From Botryllus schlosseri (Eukaryota), in NCBI GenBank assembly GCA_051294905.1, contig CM119372.1, positions 23,748,001-23,812,000 of the forward strand: DNA of 64,000 nt, written 5' to 3'. A model generated the notes under the pieces. That model ran no database searches and was not told the DNA's origin. It saw only the letters and a program-made list of their open reading frames with translations. Shown here piece by piece: positions 52,701 to 62,140 of the stretch. The first letter of the stretch is position 1. Each line of letters opens with the position of its first letter. A program made the translations under genes and the position numbers.

Positions 52701-53126
52701 AAGAAATGTACCCACATGTTGTCACATATCATCGCTGCATCGAATGTTATATACTCCTCGTCATCGGACAAGCAATGCGGTCCATCTTTGGTACCATTCC
52801 ATTTTTGATCTAAAGATGGCGGCAGCATTGAAAACAACCCTCATGGGACATTGATTTTGTTCTTACTCAGAGTTAATTTTTGACAAATATCATGTCGATT
52901 TTTCAAGGAACAGAGACATTCATCGGTGAGATCAGGGCAGTTGAACGATCCATCACACAGGTTTGACACAGTGATGACTGTCTCCGGATTTGACAAACAT
53001 TGAAAGCAGTTTTCGTCCATAAAACCTGGATATGACGGCGATTACAATTTACAAATTGCATATAGATCTGTAACGTCTGACCAAAATGTTCTGCTAATCG
53101 CATCAATGCTTCGAAGGGCGCCAGAC
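22492..53126 (-). CDS. Spliced LDLa-repeat class A GPCR (GRL101/RXFP/LGR-like, no LRR ectodomain); gene-level span of confidently linked exons
   Basis: GT-AG exons with compatible phases: 53082-53126, 52867-53025, 41785-41841, 41574-41697, 39836-39943, 34635-34698, 34487-34573, 29965-30094, 29690-29847, 29450-29631, 29123-29248, 28524-28631, 28246-28464, 27520-27680, 22492-22706 (TGA). LDLa cores CDG..C.D.xDE and 7TM motifs LAVSDFLVG, FYRL, GYYSSHTVCLP, DFLCWMP, PINSAMNPLLY. Confidence 0.9.
24420..25619. mobile_element. Inverted-repeat DNA element
   Basis: CGCCAGGTGCGGCAGGCTGCAAGGGG near 24454 and its reverse complement near 25558; ends approximate. Confidence 0.6.
26861..27377. mobile_element. 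hAT-type MITE (TAGGGCTGGGCA TIR)
   Basis: TIRs and TCGAG subterminal motifs; another end of this family at 60310-60387. Confidence 0.75.
27520..27680 (-). CDS. GPCR exon: ICL3 and TM6
   Basis: ttttag / GTAAAC; LATEKKTRLNRSFSGEDKISKQNAMMQRKLTWILASDFLCWMPICIMGLLKLC. Confidence 0.9.
28246..28464 (-). CDS. GPCR exon: ECL2 end and TM5
   Basis: tgcag / GTGAGT; NTDWEHLKSLIAELNPNITVLYEFGYYSSHTVCLPTFF...YSTVILVINFIAFAFMLVVYVLLYR. Confidence 0.92.
28524..28631 (-). CDS. GPCR exon: long ECL2
   Basis: ttcag / GTATGT; phase 2-2, open frame FSENDFFKMINNDEISYTINWLNLMHNDSTRGKYYG; 59-nt intron to next exon. Confidence 0.8.
29123..29248 (-). CDS. GPCR exon: ICL2 and TM4
   Basis: gacag / GTAAGG; PFATAKIGRTIIAILATWAISILIAVFPVIPRYEDIFKSSV. 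Confidence 0.9.
29450..29631 (-). CDS. GPCR exon: TM2 end, ECL1, TM3
   Basis: tctag / GTGGGC; IYALAICIKTSEVDGRYCKVDRQWRSSTACSLLGVILLIGSEQSVFTMVLIAFYRLHSIAR (LGR-type W-x-S-x-x-C). Confidence 0.92.
29690..29847 (-). CDS. GPCR exon: TM1, ICL1, TM2
   Basis: tgtag / GTAAGT; IAAIIGCTTVVILTCH...FNILIMSLAVSDFLVG. Confidence 0.92.
29965..30094 (-). CDS. Exon joining last LDLa module directly to TM1
   Basis: aatag / GTGAGT; VCDGIQDCQSGSDECQFGCIDSAFSNEEKLITSRTILVVVWII. Confidence 0.92.
30407..31282 (+). mobile_element. Internally deleted hAT element retaining the transposase C-terminus
   Basis: TIR TAGGG(T/C)GA, TSD ATGATGAG; ORF 30725-30976 TTAAVERSFS..KLLSKDR (hAT dimerisation-like). Confidence 0.8.
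31999..32326 (-). mobile_element. tRNA-derived SINE, 5'-truncated at the B box
   Basis: Colinear with 7661-8000; GTTCGAATCC; (CAAA)n tail. Confidence 0.75.
32421..33578. mobile_element. Non-autonomous hAT element
   Basis: TIR CAGTG(G/A)TTCCCAAC, TSD CTGTAAGC, GGGGGCGA subterminal repeats. Confidence 0.85.
34487..34698 (-). CDS. Two LDLa exons (34635-34698, 34487-34573) split by a 61-nt intron
   Basis: FYCTNHPLPNVPMENRCDRRG + NCPDGADERNCSLFNCGDDGILEYIHENA; GTACGT...tttag intron. Confidence 0.88.
35035..39317. mobile_element. Long-TIR DNA transposon with 3-bp TSD (possibly Academ-like), with nested MITEs
   Basis: About 170-bp imperfect TIRs starting (T/C)AGTCCTGTAGAATTT, TSD TAA; relic ADTTIV...SDDTGVLCLL at about 36230-36330. 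Confidence 0.6.
35595..36008. mobile_element. hAT-type MITE, same family as 533-981 (opposite orientation)
   Basis: TIRs and 8-bp TSD CTTTGGAC. Confidence 0.85.
39836..39943 (-). CDS. LDLa exon
   Basis: catag / GTAAGT; CVPVNGTAISLVWLNSMCDGAQFCENLGDERGCK. Confidence 0.88.
40190..41169 (+). mobile_element. tRNA-derived SINE split by a MITE
   Basis: A box at 40200-40210, B box GGTTCGATTCC at 40847-40857, (TTG)n tail at 41148-41168. Confidence 0.7.
40228..40824. mobile_element. hAT-type MITE with GACTCGAGTC arrays
   Basis: TIR CAG(G/T)GTTGT, TSD GTGCCTAC. Confidence 0.85.
41574..41841 (-). CDS. Two exons (41785-41841, 41574-41697) forming a divergent LDLa module
   Basis: SSSAEVAKVENFTCFNGT-K-ATACDGIAECLNFLSEECECEQKAEFCDYFTTYRDQEGFAG; canonical splice sites, phases match. 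Confidence 0.82.
42916..43352. mobile_element. hAT-type MITE (TAGG(C/G)TTACCATA TIR)
   Basis: TSD ATTTAACC; relatives at 18716 and about 54700-55255. Confidence 0.85.
43390..43469 (-). CDS. Candidate ectodomain exon
   Basis: aatag / GTTTGA; PPIPLLIRILYLLFDEQSGYCPICDF; ends phase 1 matching the 41841 exon, but its upstream phase-2 partner is unresolved. Confidence 0.3.
44144..45122. mobile_element. hAT-type element with (GACTT/GACTC)n arrays
   Basis: TIR CAGTGTTGGGAT, TSD CTGTTAAT/CTATTAAT; related ends near 9070 and 21533. Confidence 0.85.
45490..45543 (-). CDS. Candidate Cys-rich symmetric (phase 1-1) exon
   Basis: ctcag / GTTTGG; CKNETIPCRQWTICMSK; neighbouring candidate exons in 45200-45700 not resolved. 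Confidence 0.4.
45897..46239 (+). mobile_element. tRNA-derived SINE
   Basis: A box TGGCGCAGTG, B box GGTTCGAGTC, body homologous to the copy at 17135-17492. Confidence 0.8.
46240..47042 (+). mobile_element. 3' fragment of R4/Dong-type non-LTR retrotransposon (restriction-like endonuclease)
   Basis: EYTWRH...WYDYSP...LWDVPVITDREIRSNRPDIIV...FIELTV...KHSKYADL...VPIVIGA...HILRKAL* with one internal stop; AATAAA and (GAA)n tail at 47023-47042. Confidence 0.85.
48630..48669 (-). ncRNA. Minimal type I hammerhead ribozyme, mirror copy
   Basis: Exact reverse complement of 51065-51104. Confidence 0.8.
48843..49913 (-). CDS. PLE reverse transcriptase C-terminal part + GIY-YIG endonuclease (5'-truncated)
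   Basis: SPLGPILANIFV, YQRYVDD, FLDV, YRKPT; GIY-YIG-type NIIYEYTCRCDSRYVGRTSQRLQQRIRQH with CCHH residues (SAIGQHLLSH). Confidence 0.93.
   Translation of the reverse strand, partial: SPLGPILANIFVGYYEKRLFEDIDRPLMYQRYVDDTFAIFENESQCDLFLSKLNGLHPSLKFTMEKEVNNSLAFLDVVVEKTGANFVTSVYRKPTFSGQYISWDSFCPVKRKVNLIRTLVHRALMICSKVKLDSELENIRSIFQSNGYPDHIIKMTIDRKLKDFRKVKPFGPRKCPVYLHLPWIGKVSNRFEKQIKSSVSHCFSQVEPQIIFMTKSLMPATQKDVLPATNQSNIIYEYTCRCDSRYVGRTSQRLQQRIRQHVPRQIRINIVSPTPSSQSVDTLRDYDQVTACNSAIGQHLLSHPECADHYNDSQFSILARGRSLFHLKVLESTIIKLRKPILCRQKERLYTLGIFH
49912..50891 (+). CDS. PLE RT C-terminus + GIY-YIG endonuclease, second (shorter) truncated copy
   Basis: Begins at YVDD; the ORF-track translation is identical to the minus copy over 309 aa. 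Confidence 0.92.
51065..51104 (+). ncRNA. Minimal type I hammerhead ribozyme in PLE 3' UTR/pLTR
   Basis: TTCGCTA-CTGATGA-GAgttagTC-GAAA-AGCT-TT-TAGCGAA: 7-bp stem I, conserved CUGAUGA/GAAA core, palindromic stem/loop III, overlapping AATAAA. Confidence 0.8.
52867..53126 (-). CDS. Microexon 53082-53126 plus LDLa exon 52867-53025
   Basis: LAPFEALMRLAEHF-G-FMDENCFQCLSNPETVITVSNLCDGSFNCPDLTDECLCSLKNRHDICQKLTL; 56-nt intron; GTAAGA donor. Confidence 0.85.
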
Positions 53127-53219
53127 CTATATAGTTATTGCAAACATCCTTGCCGAAGAATAGTGACAAAATATTAATCTAATATTCGAAATCTTTGATC
53201 AAATGCTGATGAACTGTAG

Positions 53220-54138
53220 CAGTGGTCGGGAACCTTTTTTGTCCGAAGAGCCATATTGGCCCTATTTTTTCCATCTCAACTCCCAAAGAGCCATACATGC
53301 CAGTCAACTGTTACGTCACAATTGAAAATTCATGACGTCATGGTAGCACTAATTCGAGCTCACTGCATGGGATTCCTCGTGTGCACCATATTTTCTCAGT
53401 AAAATCTGGTATTTTTTGTTCGGAAATAAAGGTCGAAACGAGAGGTATAGAACAGACGGGCCAAGCTTCCCTCTTGATAACGCAATTCATATGTATAGCT
53501 TAGAATTTTTTCACAACTGATATTAATGGAATGTGACTGTCACACTGATTACGAAAATCTAAATACTTATCGACTTCTCAAAGTATTCGGCGGCAACATA
53601 ACGTTGCGCTACACGTATACATTTTATCGCCGGTACTACACAGAGCTATACTTACCGATCAAGAACGTGGATAGCCATGGCGTTGTTTGTGATTGGAGTT
53701 TGTAATTGTCACATTAACAACACTTCATTTCGCGACGCAGATCAGGAAGACAATGCGTATTTGAATACTGCGTTTTGAAATGTGCGGCGCCGTATCTGCT
53801 ATGCTCTTTGATTAATCAACGTATCACGCAATTCAAGATTTCGAGTCGGGTACATAAAATTCGCGAGTTATATTGGCCGCCGGCGTCACAGTAACTTAAA
53901 TTTGATGATCTTGAAAAGAGGGGGTCCGAGCCCAAAACCTGAAGACGACATTGTCTTTACCTCTCAAATACATGTTTGTACTGCCACGAGATTAATTATT
54001 TTGGCCGCGATTAAAATTTACCAACGACTCGTTGCCATATTGATCAATTCAATAAAAAAATAAATAATTGGCAAAGAGCCATAACTTATACCCAAAATAG
54101 CCATATATGGCTCGCGAGCCATAGGTTCACGACCACTG
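53220..54138. mobile_element. Non-autonomous hAT element
   Basis: TIR CAGTGGTCG(G/T)GAACC, TSD AACTGTAG/AACTATAG. Confidence 0.8.
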
Positions 54139-55056
54139 AACTATAGCCTAGCCATGGCTCTAATCCAGTAGTTCCTAACCTTCACTAACCTTCTAAACAC
54201 TTACGCTAATCTCGAAGCCTTCGCGGAACCATGAATCGTCGCTGAGTCATATAAACAAAATTACCCCCCAATACACATTTACCTACACATTACTGTAGAT
54301 TACTGGTCGGCAAAATGAACAGTGCATGAACAAAGTGTTAAAAGAACAAAACCATTAAAATACAATCTTCACATAAAGCGAAAACCTTATAATGAATATT
54401 GATTGCAAATCAGTGTAACTTCCGCTTTTCCCTTTCAGATAGCAATTCATAAATGTGAGGTTTTGCCTTGGGAAATGTCATCGCATTATACGGTTGAAAC
54501 GCAACAACGTGATACCAATTGCTTTATTACAGACGAGCGAAATATTGGAGATTGGCATTTTGGAGGGTCGGGGGTTAGATTTCGAAAAGTAACCCCCGCG
54601 TGCGGCGCTGGACACGACGTACGTCCTCAACAGTCACAATTCGATTACTGATCTGGCCTAATTGCATGTAGCCATTATGGTACGGTTGCCATATTTTGAG
54701 ATCCGAAAAAGAGGACACTCCCCCAAAATTCTGAAAGCTGTGGCTCCGTCTAAGAAAACTGTTGAATTTGAAAAATTTCCTACCTTTTCTACTGTGTTGA
54801 CTAATAAAAAATAAAAGGTCATCACTTTGATTCGTCTCCCGAATTACCCCATTTTGTTTGTCTCCCTCATTTCCCACTTTTCTACAATTTTGCTTACCAA
54901 TACTGCATTTAAGTATGCTTTATGATATACCTTTACTACTTTTTCTGAAAAAAAGAGGACAAATTACCAAAAAGAGGACATATGGCGTCCTCCGAGGACA
55001 CTTTCAATTTTGTAAAAAAAGGGGACAAATCCTCTCAAAAAAGGCCGTATGGTAAC

Positions 55057-55243
55057 CAATGTTCCACACCAACGTTCCACACTCACCAACTCACTGCGCA
55101 GAACCTTGGACAACAGTGAGTAACGACTAAAATAAAAGGTCTTCACTTCTGATTTTTTTTTGTGCGCAACTTAAATTTTCTGTGCGCAGAGACCGTGTCA
55201 GCACTGCGCATTTGCTCACGTGCGCAGCTTAAAGGGAACATTG
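55057..55243. mobile_element. Small MITE inserted into another element's TIR
   Basis: TIR CAATGTTCC, TSD ATGGTAAC. Confidence 0.8.
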
Positions 55244-55599
55244 ATGGTAACCCTAAATTATGGATAAGACGTATGCATCATTACAAATCATATGTATGAG
55301 TTGAGTGTATGTTTTTACTTCCACGGAACCCCCGATACAGGCTCATGGCACCCCTAGTGTTCCGTGGAAGACCGGTTAAGAATCAGTGACCAGTGACCAC
55401 CAGCGAAGACCTAGGCGATATATCGAATGGTTCGTTATGCTTTCTCAATAACAATTGACATCCATGTACGTCTACAATGTACGATGTACGTGTGACAATA
55501 GAAAATTACAGGCTCGGGTGCGCAGCTACAATACAAAAATGAAACACCGCCAAAGAAATTAAAAATTGACTGTCAAGTTGTAGTACGTTGTACGCTTAC

Positions 55600-56162
55600 C
55601 AAAAGCAGAAAAGTGTGGACGGCAAAACCGCTGTACCGTGATCCTCTGTTTTGACTAGATCGTTTAGTAGGCCTCGTAAGACCAGGGGTAGGCTAAGCAA
55701 CACTAGGTATGTAGCTGTAGCGTAGCATTTTTTTCAGAATAACTATAGTACCAAGCAAGCTTAAGCTGCAACGGTATCATTTATGTCACAATACTTTATA
55801 GCCCTTATCTTTCGTATTACCTTTTGTAAAACTACAGAAAATGGATGAACTCAATAGAAGTTGAACACATTGTTTTAGATTAGAAGTAACCATGGACCGC
55901 ATTCGTGTTTTGTGTGGCATACGGCATGCAAAACACAGCTGACGGGCTCGCGTCGCTGGCGAGTAAGCTGGAAATATTCGGGTTTATCTCAATATGAATA
56001 TATAATTCAATTGTAGGGGGCAAGATGTGTTACAATACCATACTAGTTCGGCACGAACTACGATGCATATTTTCGTACCGTGTACGAATTCAGCGATTTG
56101 GCAATAATGATAGGCCTAATTGTTACCTGATCTGTCTCCATCGCAAGGTCCTTCTTCGGCCA
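55600..56162 (-). CDS. Three small linker exons (56127-56162, 55891-55967, 55600-55645) between VWA and LDLa
   Basis: AEEGPCDGDRS / YSPATRARQLCFACRMPHKTRMRSM / RITVQRFCRPHFSAF; AG-GT bounded, phases 1-1, 1-0, 0-1 chain into the 53126 exon. Confidence 0.55.
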
Positions 56163-59100
56163 CTGAAATAGAATATTTTTAATATCGACTTTCTTAGATC
56201 ATTCCGCCAGCCAGACATAGTTTTTACACGTCATAATGCAGGTCAAGTACCGAAACCACGAACACCTCACACAATTTCAGATTTCGCAAAGTTTTGAGCT
56301 GTAGGCCTATCAAGGAAATACCATGAGAAGTGAAGAAATGTAATATAAGAAATACTGAATAGTGTGAGTCTATTAAGCCTGCAACAGTTGTATCGCTATT
56401 CTATTTTTTCACGCTACACACCATACATCTTCAACATGAAGGCATGAGCTATATATAGGTAACTGGATCACTTCTTTTATAAGTTGACAATGTCTGAATA
56501 AATTATGACTAAACATGTGTGCTCAGAACCATTGTGAGAAGACGATTGTTGAAGATGAAACTTATTTCGTATTCAAGAAAGCTTGCCAAATACAAACTCC
56601 AGCATTCGCGCTCGACGGAGTATATAGGCTGATTTCACCTTCATTTGAGAAAATTTTTGATATTCTTTGAAGATTTAGAGCAATTCCCACGTGTAAGTCA
56701 TTCATTACTTCATAGCTTTGGCAGTAGCCTAAAGCTCGGTGAGCTGAGTAGCTGTTGTTAATAGCTGGCGAACTGCACTGCCTAAGATAGACTTAGATGC
56801 AATAGAGGTTGTCCGGTTTTGCCCTCAATTAGGCTACCCTAAATCAAAACAATTTAACTCAATTCCAAAGCCGATCAAATTTAGCATGGCGGTACAGAAC
56901 GCCGCCGTGATCTCTGTAGTCACTGCCAACATTAGGATCAGTCTCAGATGCAACCTACCTTGAAATAAATTGATGTCCTGTTCAATGTTTCTGTTATTTT
57001 CAAACAAGTTTGGGGAAAATTTGTCACAAATGTAAAAGACTCAACAATGGAATGCGGATTCAAACTTGTAAGATATACCATGGACTATCAGATGATATGC
57101 TCTTTTTGACATGACGATAAGTGCAGGGGTCCGGGGGGGGGGGCGCAATATTTTTACCATAGCCAAGGGGGGCACATGTCCAAAAAGTTGAGAACCGCTG
57201 CTTCAGAACAAAAACACTGGACAACAATTTTGAACAAAAAATTTTTTGACTTTGATTTTGCACTGTATTTAGGCTAATTTTCGCGTGCTGATTCCAAATA
57301 TGCCGCTGGCTTTCTTCTGTCCGTAAGGTTTTTGCTTTACGACATACGCCCAAAATATGCAAATTTTCACGAAATTAGCCATAATACTTTTCCGTACCAT
57401 ATTAAAATCCACATTTTACCATATAATAAGTTGAATAGCCAAGGGCTCAAATGAATTATCAAGAAAAAGGGTACTCGTATCGACCTAGGGCTAGGCCGAT
57501 ACTTTCCCCCATATTTGGTTAGAGCTGGGGCGGGCAACATACGGGCCGCGGGTTGGTTCCGGCCTGCGACGGGATTTTGTGCGGCCCGCCGACAGTTTGC
57601 GGTCTTACGTGATGATGTGGCCCTCGTCGCCGTCTACAGGCATTTGGGCGCAAACATTTTCGACCATCAACATTAGCAAGACAAAGCGACGTTCCAATGC
57701 AACTGATGTCCACCGCATTTGCGTAGCCAGGGGCGAATGGGGCCATGCCATACCCACTTTTTCGAGAATATTAGTAATATATATAAATAGTAGAATATTT
57801 CAGGGCAGATGGATTCAAACTGGAAAAATTCGCGCGCTTAGCGCGATTTAGTGTCTCTACATACGTGTCTTGATTGTGAAAATACTGTACCAGAATCGTC
57901 CGAGGCCGTGGGGTGGCAGGAGTCTTGAATGAAGTAATTAATAAGAATGAACCCGTCCCAAGTGAATAATCTGCGAGAATATTGTTATAGCACAGGCCTT
58001 GGCAAAGTGCCGCCCGCGGGCCAAATGCGGCCCGCGAAAGGTTGCTTGAAATTGAAAATATAAAACCTACTTTTTAATGTTGCTGCGTGGAATAAAACCA
58101 TAGGATGTATAAACTGAACCGGACTTCGTTTATTATCAAGCCTGTTTGTTAACATGCCGCGATTACGTCGCCTATACGTACCTCACATGCATAATCCAGA
58201 TTCAAAGCAAAGTCAATGTAGGAAATTATGCCGTTACAATTAAAGTCTCAAGAAGTCACCAAACCTTCTTTGATGCCAATGTCACAATATGCATTACAAG
58301 TTCTCCGTTTCAAATTTTTACGTGATGCGTTTCCATATCCCTCATTCGTAAAACAAGTCAATCAGTGCCCGTGATTTCTATGAGTATATTACCACCCATA
58401 AAGGATGTAAAAAAAAACTAAAGTTGAAATTCAAAGACGGTTCGGAGGGCTAAAAATTTGTTTACCGCCCGTCTTTTTGGTAGTTAGTGCCTAGCACGTC
58501 GCGGTGTTAAAGGACTATAATTTAGGTCGGATCTATGACAAAAACACGAAGACATAGACTCGATTAAGGGACGGCGAATTTCGGAATAACTGCAAGCTTG
58601 GCTCAACAACAAGGCCATTTCGGCAAGCTGCACACTTCTCGGAAACCAGCTACAAAGGCAATAATATTCAGAGTATCCGCAGGACCGTAACTGCCGCACC
58701 CAAAGCCCCCAATTGGGAGGCGAGCTCGAAGGACGCCGAAAATTATTTCGTGAATGAACATTCGGCGTCAGCAATTACCGCGCCACGACGCGCCAAGATA
58801 TATGAAGTTCAGGCCAACACGGGATTCCGAGAAGGCACTGCGATTGCAACTTCTGATCACATTAACCCTTTTAATGGGGGGGGGGGGGGTTCACTGGTGA
58901 CCCAAGTTCAAGTTCATCTCTCAAATTCTCTAAAGATATTTCGTAGCGGACTGCTTTTGGTTTCTATGGAAAACCAGCAATCTTCTTATTTATTTGATAC
59001 CTAATTTGACGGTATAGGGCATGACAATTTTCGAATACCGACGATCTGACATGAGGAGTTCGGCCGAAAATACGCATGCCTAGAATTTTCAGATATTTTC

Positions 59101-60498
59101 CGAGTAGTCGCGAACTGGTTTACTATGCATGCAAATGGTTGGATGACAATAGAAAGTATGCCACGCTGTTTCATGCCATTAACTGGGCGGTAGGGGTCCG
59201 ATTCGGTATTGATCTTGAACTTGACCGTTATGACCACTCACTGACCACGCCCATATGTAAATTTTTCATGTATTTTTGATTTTACGATATCTGGCGAACC
59301 GCGCGGTTTACGGTCATGGTTGACGGCTTGTTTGAAACCAGGCAACGGTGGCTACGTACTGATGCATGATTTTTGACTCTCTGACTCTATCCTGGGGGTC
59401 TGTCTAGAAAAATGAGAGAGAGAAAGAGATTTTTCAGAGAAAAAGTTGGTTTATTTAGTCTTATAAAAAAAACTCTAGACATGTCATGGGGTGTCGATCG
59501 AGGGTGGAAACGGTGGAGGGCTATATTCCGCCCACTTTTAAACTGGAACAGCTCAGATTAAACTCTTGGTGAGGTCACAGTAGGAATTTGAAAAGTAATA
59601 GTCAGTTCTGCAAAATCTCCCCCCCCTCAAAAGGGTTAACTAAGTAAAGGGGGAAAAGCTCGACAGCGAGAAAACCTTAGCCGAAAAGGACTGCTCTTAT
59701 GTTGACCGAAAATCACGATGTCCAATTGTCCTTAGGTAATATTTGCCAGTGAAAAAATATCAATTGGGAATCGTGTGCGTCTTTTAGTTTAGTACGCTTT
59801 GGCGATGTCACTATCTTTTCACGTAGAAGACGGGAGGTCACGAAATAACAACATGTAGTGAAGTAATTATACCGACCAAATATTCCCAAGACAACACCTC
59901 AGTCAGCTCTAGCAATAGAACTGAGAGCGATTTAGGCTCGCCCGTGAGTTGGTCGCCCAATACCAGATATAGCTCGCATCTGCTAGCATGTGTGTGTCTC
60001 TGAATTGTATGTACACGTATACATAGAGCCACACGCGTGAATTGGAGGTATAGCGCGCAAAGCGTGATTTTTTTTCAGATGACCGTTTCTTCGCGCCCCC
60101 CTTCCGAGCTTTCACGCCCCTCCCCCCCCCCACCCCCCGAAGCCATGATTATCCTACAATATGATCACAAAATGGAATGAAATCGGTATGGTAGAAAAAA
60201 TACCAAAGTATCTTTTAAGAGATGGATAACAGGCATAATATTCTTTGTGGTGGCATATAAACGGTACAGATTTGATCTTTGACGTACTACATTCTGTTAT
60301 GGCGTCATAATGAGTGATACTCGACTCGACTCGAAGCATATTTCGAAATCGAATTCGAAATCGAATACTCGATTTTGCCCAGCCCTAATGACCACAAAGA
60401 AGTCACATTTTCACGCCTTCAAGTCACAAAAAGATTTGTTGGTCGTAATGTCTGTGGAATGTGCCTTCACAAATATCCGTAAATTCGAAATGTCTTAC

Positions 60499-60658
60499 CA
60501 CATAAATTCTTTTCCAGTTTGAGGAGCGCATGCGCAATTTTTGTATAGTTCACTATTGATATCACATGCTCGCTCGTTGGCTCTGATGCCAGCCTGATCG
60601 AGAAATCTTCTGATATTAGGTTTCCCACAGCTATCACAAATATTTCAATACCAGACTC
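60499..60658 (-). CDS. VWA domain C-terminal exon
   Basis: ttcag / GTAAGA; ESGIEIFVIAVGNLISEDFSIRLASEPTSEHVISIVNYTKIAHALLKLEKNLC. Confidence 0.88.
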
Positions 60659-60806
60659 CTGAAATTGTATGATGAGTTGGAAACAACTGCGTGTCTCCGA
60701 TTTTATCCATTTTAATAATATAACACATGTCACGTCGACTACCAGACATTTGAGCATGTGACACTTGAGCATGTGATTTTATTATAACCCAAACTATAAC
60801 CTTACC

Positions 60807-61197
60807 TAGAGTTGCATTTAAAACAAAAATCAATCTAAAACAAACATGTTTAAAACAAGCTTGTTTAAGACACGTTTTATTGTGTGTTTTTTGAGTCATG
60901 ACGTCACAAATATTCAATTGTGACGCCATAGTGGATTGACATTGGCAATTGAAAATATAGGGTAAATATAGCTCTTTTGACGAAATATCCACGTACTTTA
61001 GCTGTTGAACCGACTAATTTGAGGGTTCCGACCATCCCATATCGCATACGTCGGCTATATCGGGAGCTAATCGTACGTGGGCACATACAACGTGTTTTTG
61101 GAAAGGATTTTTTTAAAGGGTCTTTGTTTCAAACACTGTTTAAAACATGTTTTAAACAAAGTGTTTTAAACAACCATTTGTTTTAAATCCAACCCTA
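60807..61197. mobile_element. hAT-type MITE, same family as 533-981
   Basis: TIRs; imperfect TSD ACCTTACC/ACCTACCC. Confidence 0.8.
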
Positions 61198-61985
61198 ACC
61201 TACCCCAGTAGCTCCCAGAATTTATCATCCCGTGGGCCCCTTCGGGCGATATTCGAACCGGAATTACCCTCGCTCAATATTAAAATCCTGTCTGATGGCT
61301 AATCGATGGCTGATCGCATCTTTACCTGTGGACTGAAAAAGGGCAGACATGTCCAAACGTTCTTGAAAGCGGCCAAATCGCACATTTGGCAGGGTACTGC
61401 TCAATTTTTGCATCTTGGTGTATAGTGACCATCACTATACTCTTGTCAGCGGTGAGGTACAGTAGTAAATCGACGAATTTTGCATGTATTCTAACGCTCG
61501 GGCTGATTCTGACTATAAGGAGCAATTCAGTCGTGAGGCGGCCTCGGGCCACACAGAACCGTCTTCCGCACTGCAATCTATAAGTTAATATATAGCGCAC
61601 GTGACTCCAAATAGCCGAATTCCTCCACAGATTCCCCACGACTGGGATCCCCATACAGTTTATCTGTCATCTATGATTGTTGTGTAGACTGTAGACCAAA
61701 TTATATATTATCGATAATCCTTGAAATCCAAGTGTCAATCTTAAAGCCAAAGTTACCCTTATAAATTACTAATGTGGGTGGGTGGGTGTATACCCCGGTT
61801 GGTGACCACTTCGGCGTAGCCCTAACGCCGAACCAACCCAAGACCAACCGTAACTAATATTCTCCAGTGTAGCATGCTACTGTGTCACATGGTCATATAT
61901 GTTCAATTGTCCACGAATCATCATGACATTACACGAAACTGTAGCCTGTTACATTTAAAATGTTGGCGCAATCCCGAAAACCAAC

Positions 61986-62140
61986 CTCGGCCCTTCTTCG
62001 TTCTATCGCGATGTCGTCCTGCGAGTCACCATCAGTAACGATAACTGCAACCTTTGTCACGTCTGCGTCCATTCGAGCGCCTTTTTTTGCGGTGATTGCC
62101 ACAGTATAAAGGAAGTTAAGCGCAGCGCCAGTACGCGTTC
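61986..62140 (-). CDS. VWA domain middle exon
   Basis: ttgcag / GTTGGT; GTRTGAALNFLY...GARMDADVTKVAVIVTDGDSQDD (VWA T and TDG MIDAS residues); phase 0 join to 60658. Confidence 0.9.

Noticed and set aside
61322..61654. Exon-like segment with AG/GT ends inside the VWA intron
   Set aside because: The Cys-containing frame has stops, the flanking exons already join in phase, and the sequence resembles an RTE-LINE relic (LTADKSI...FGRFQERL)
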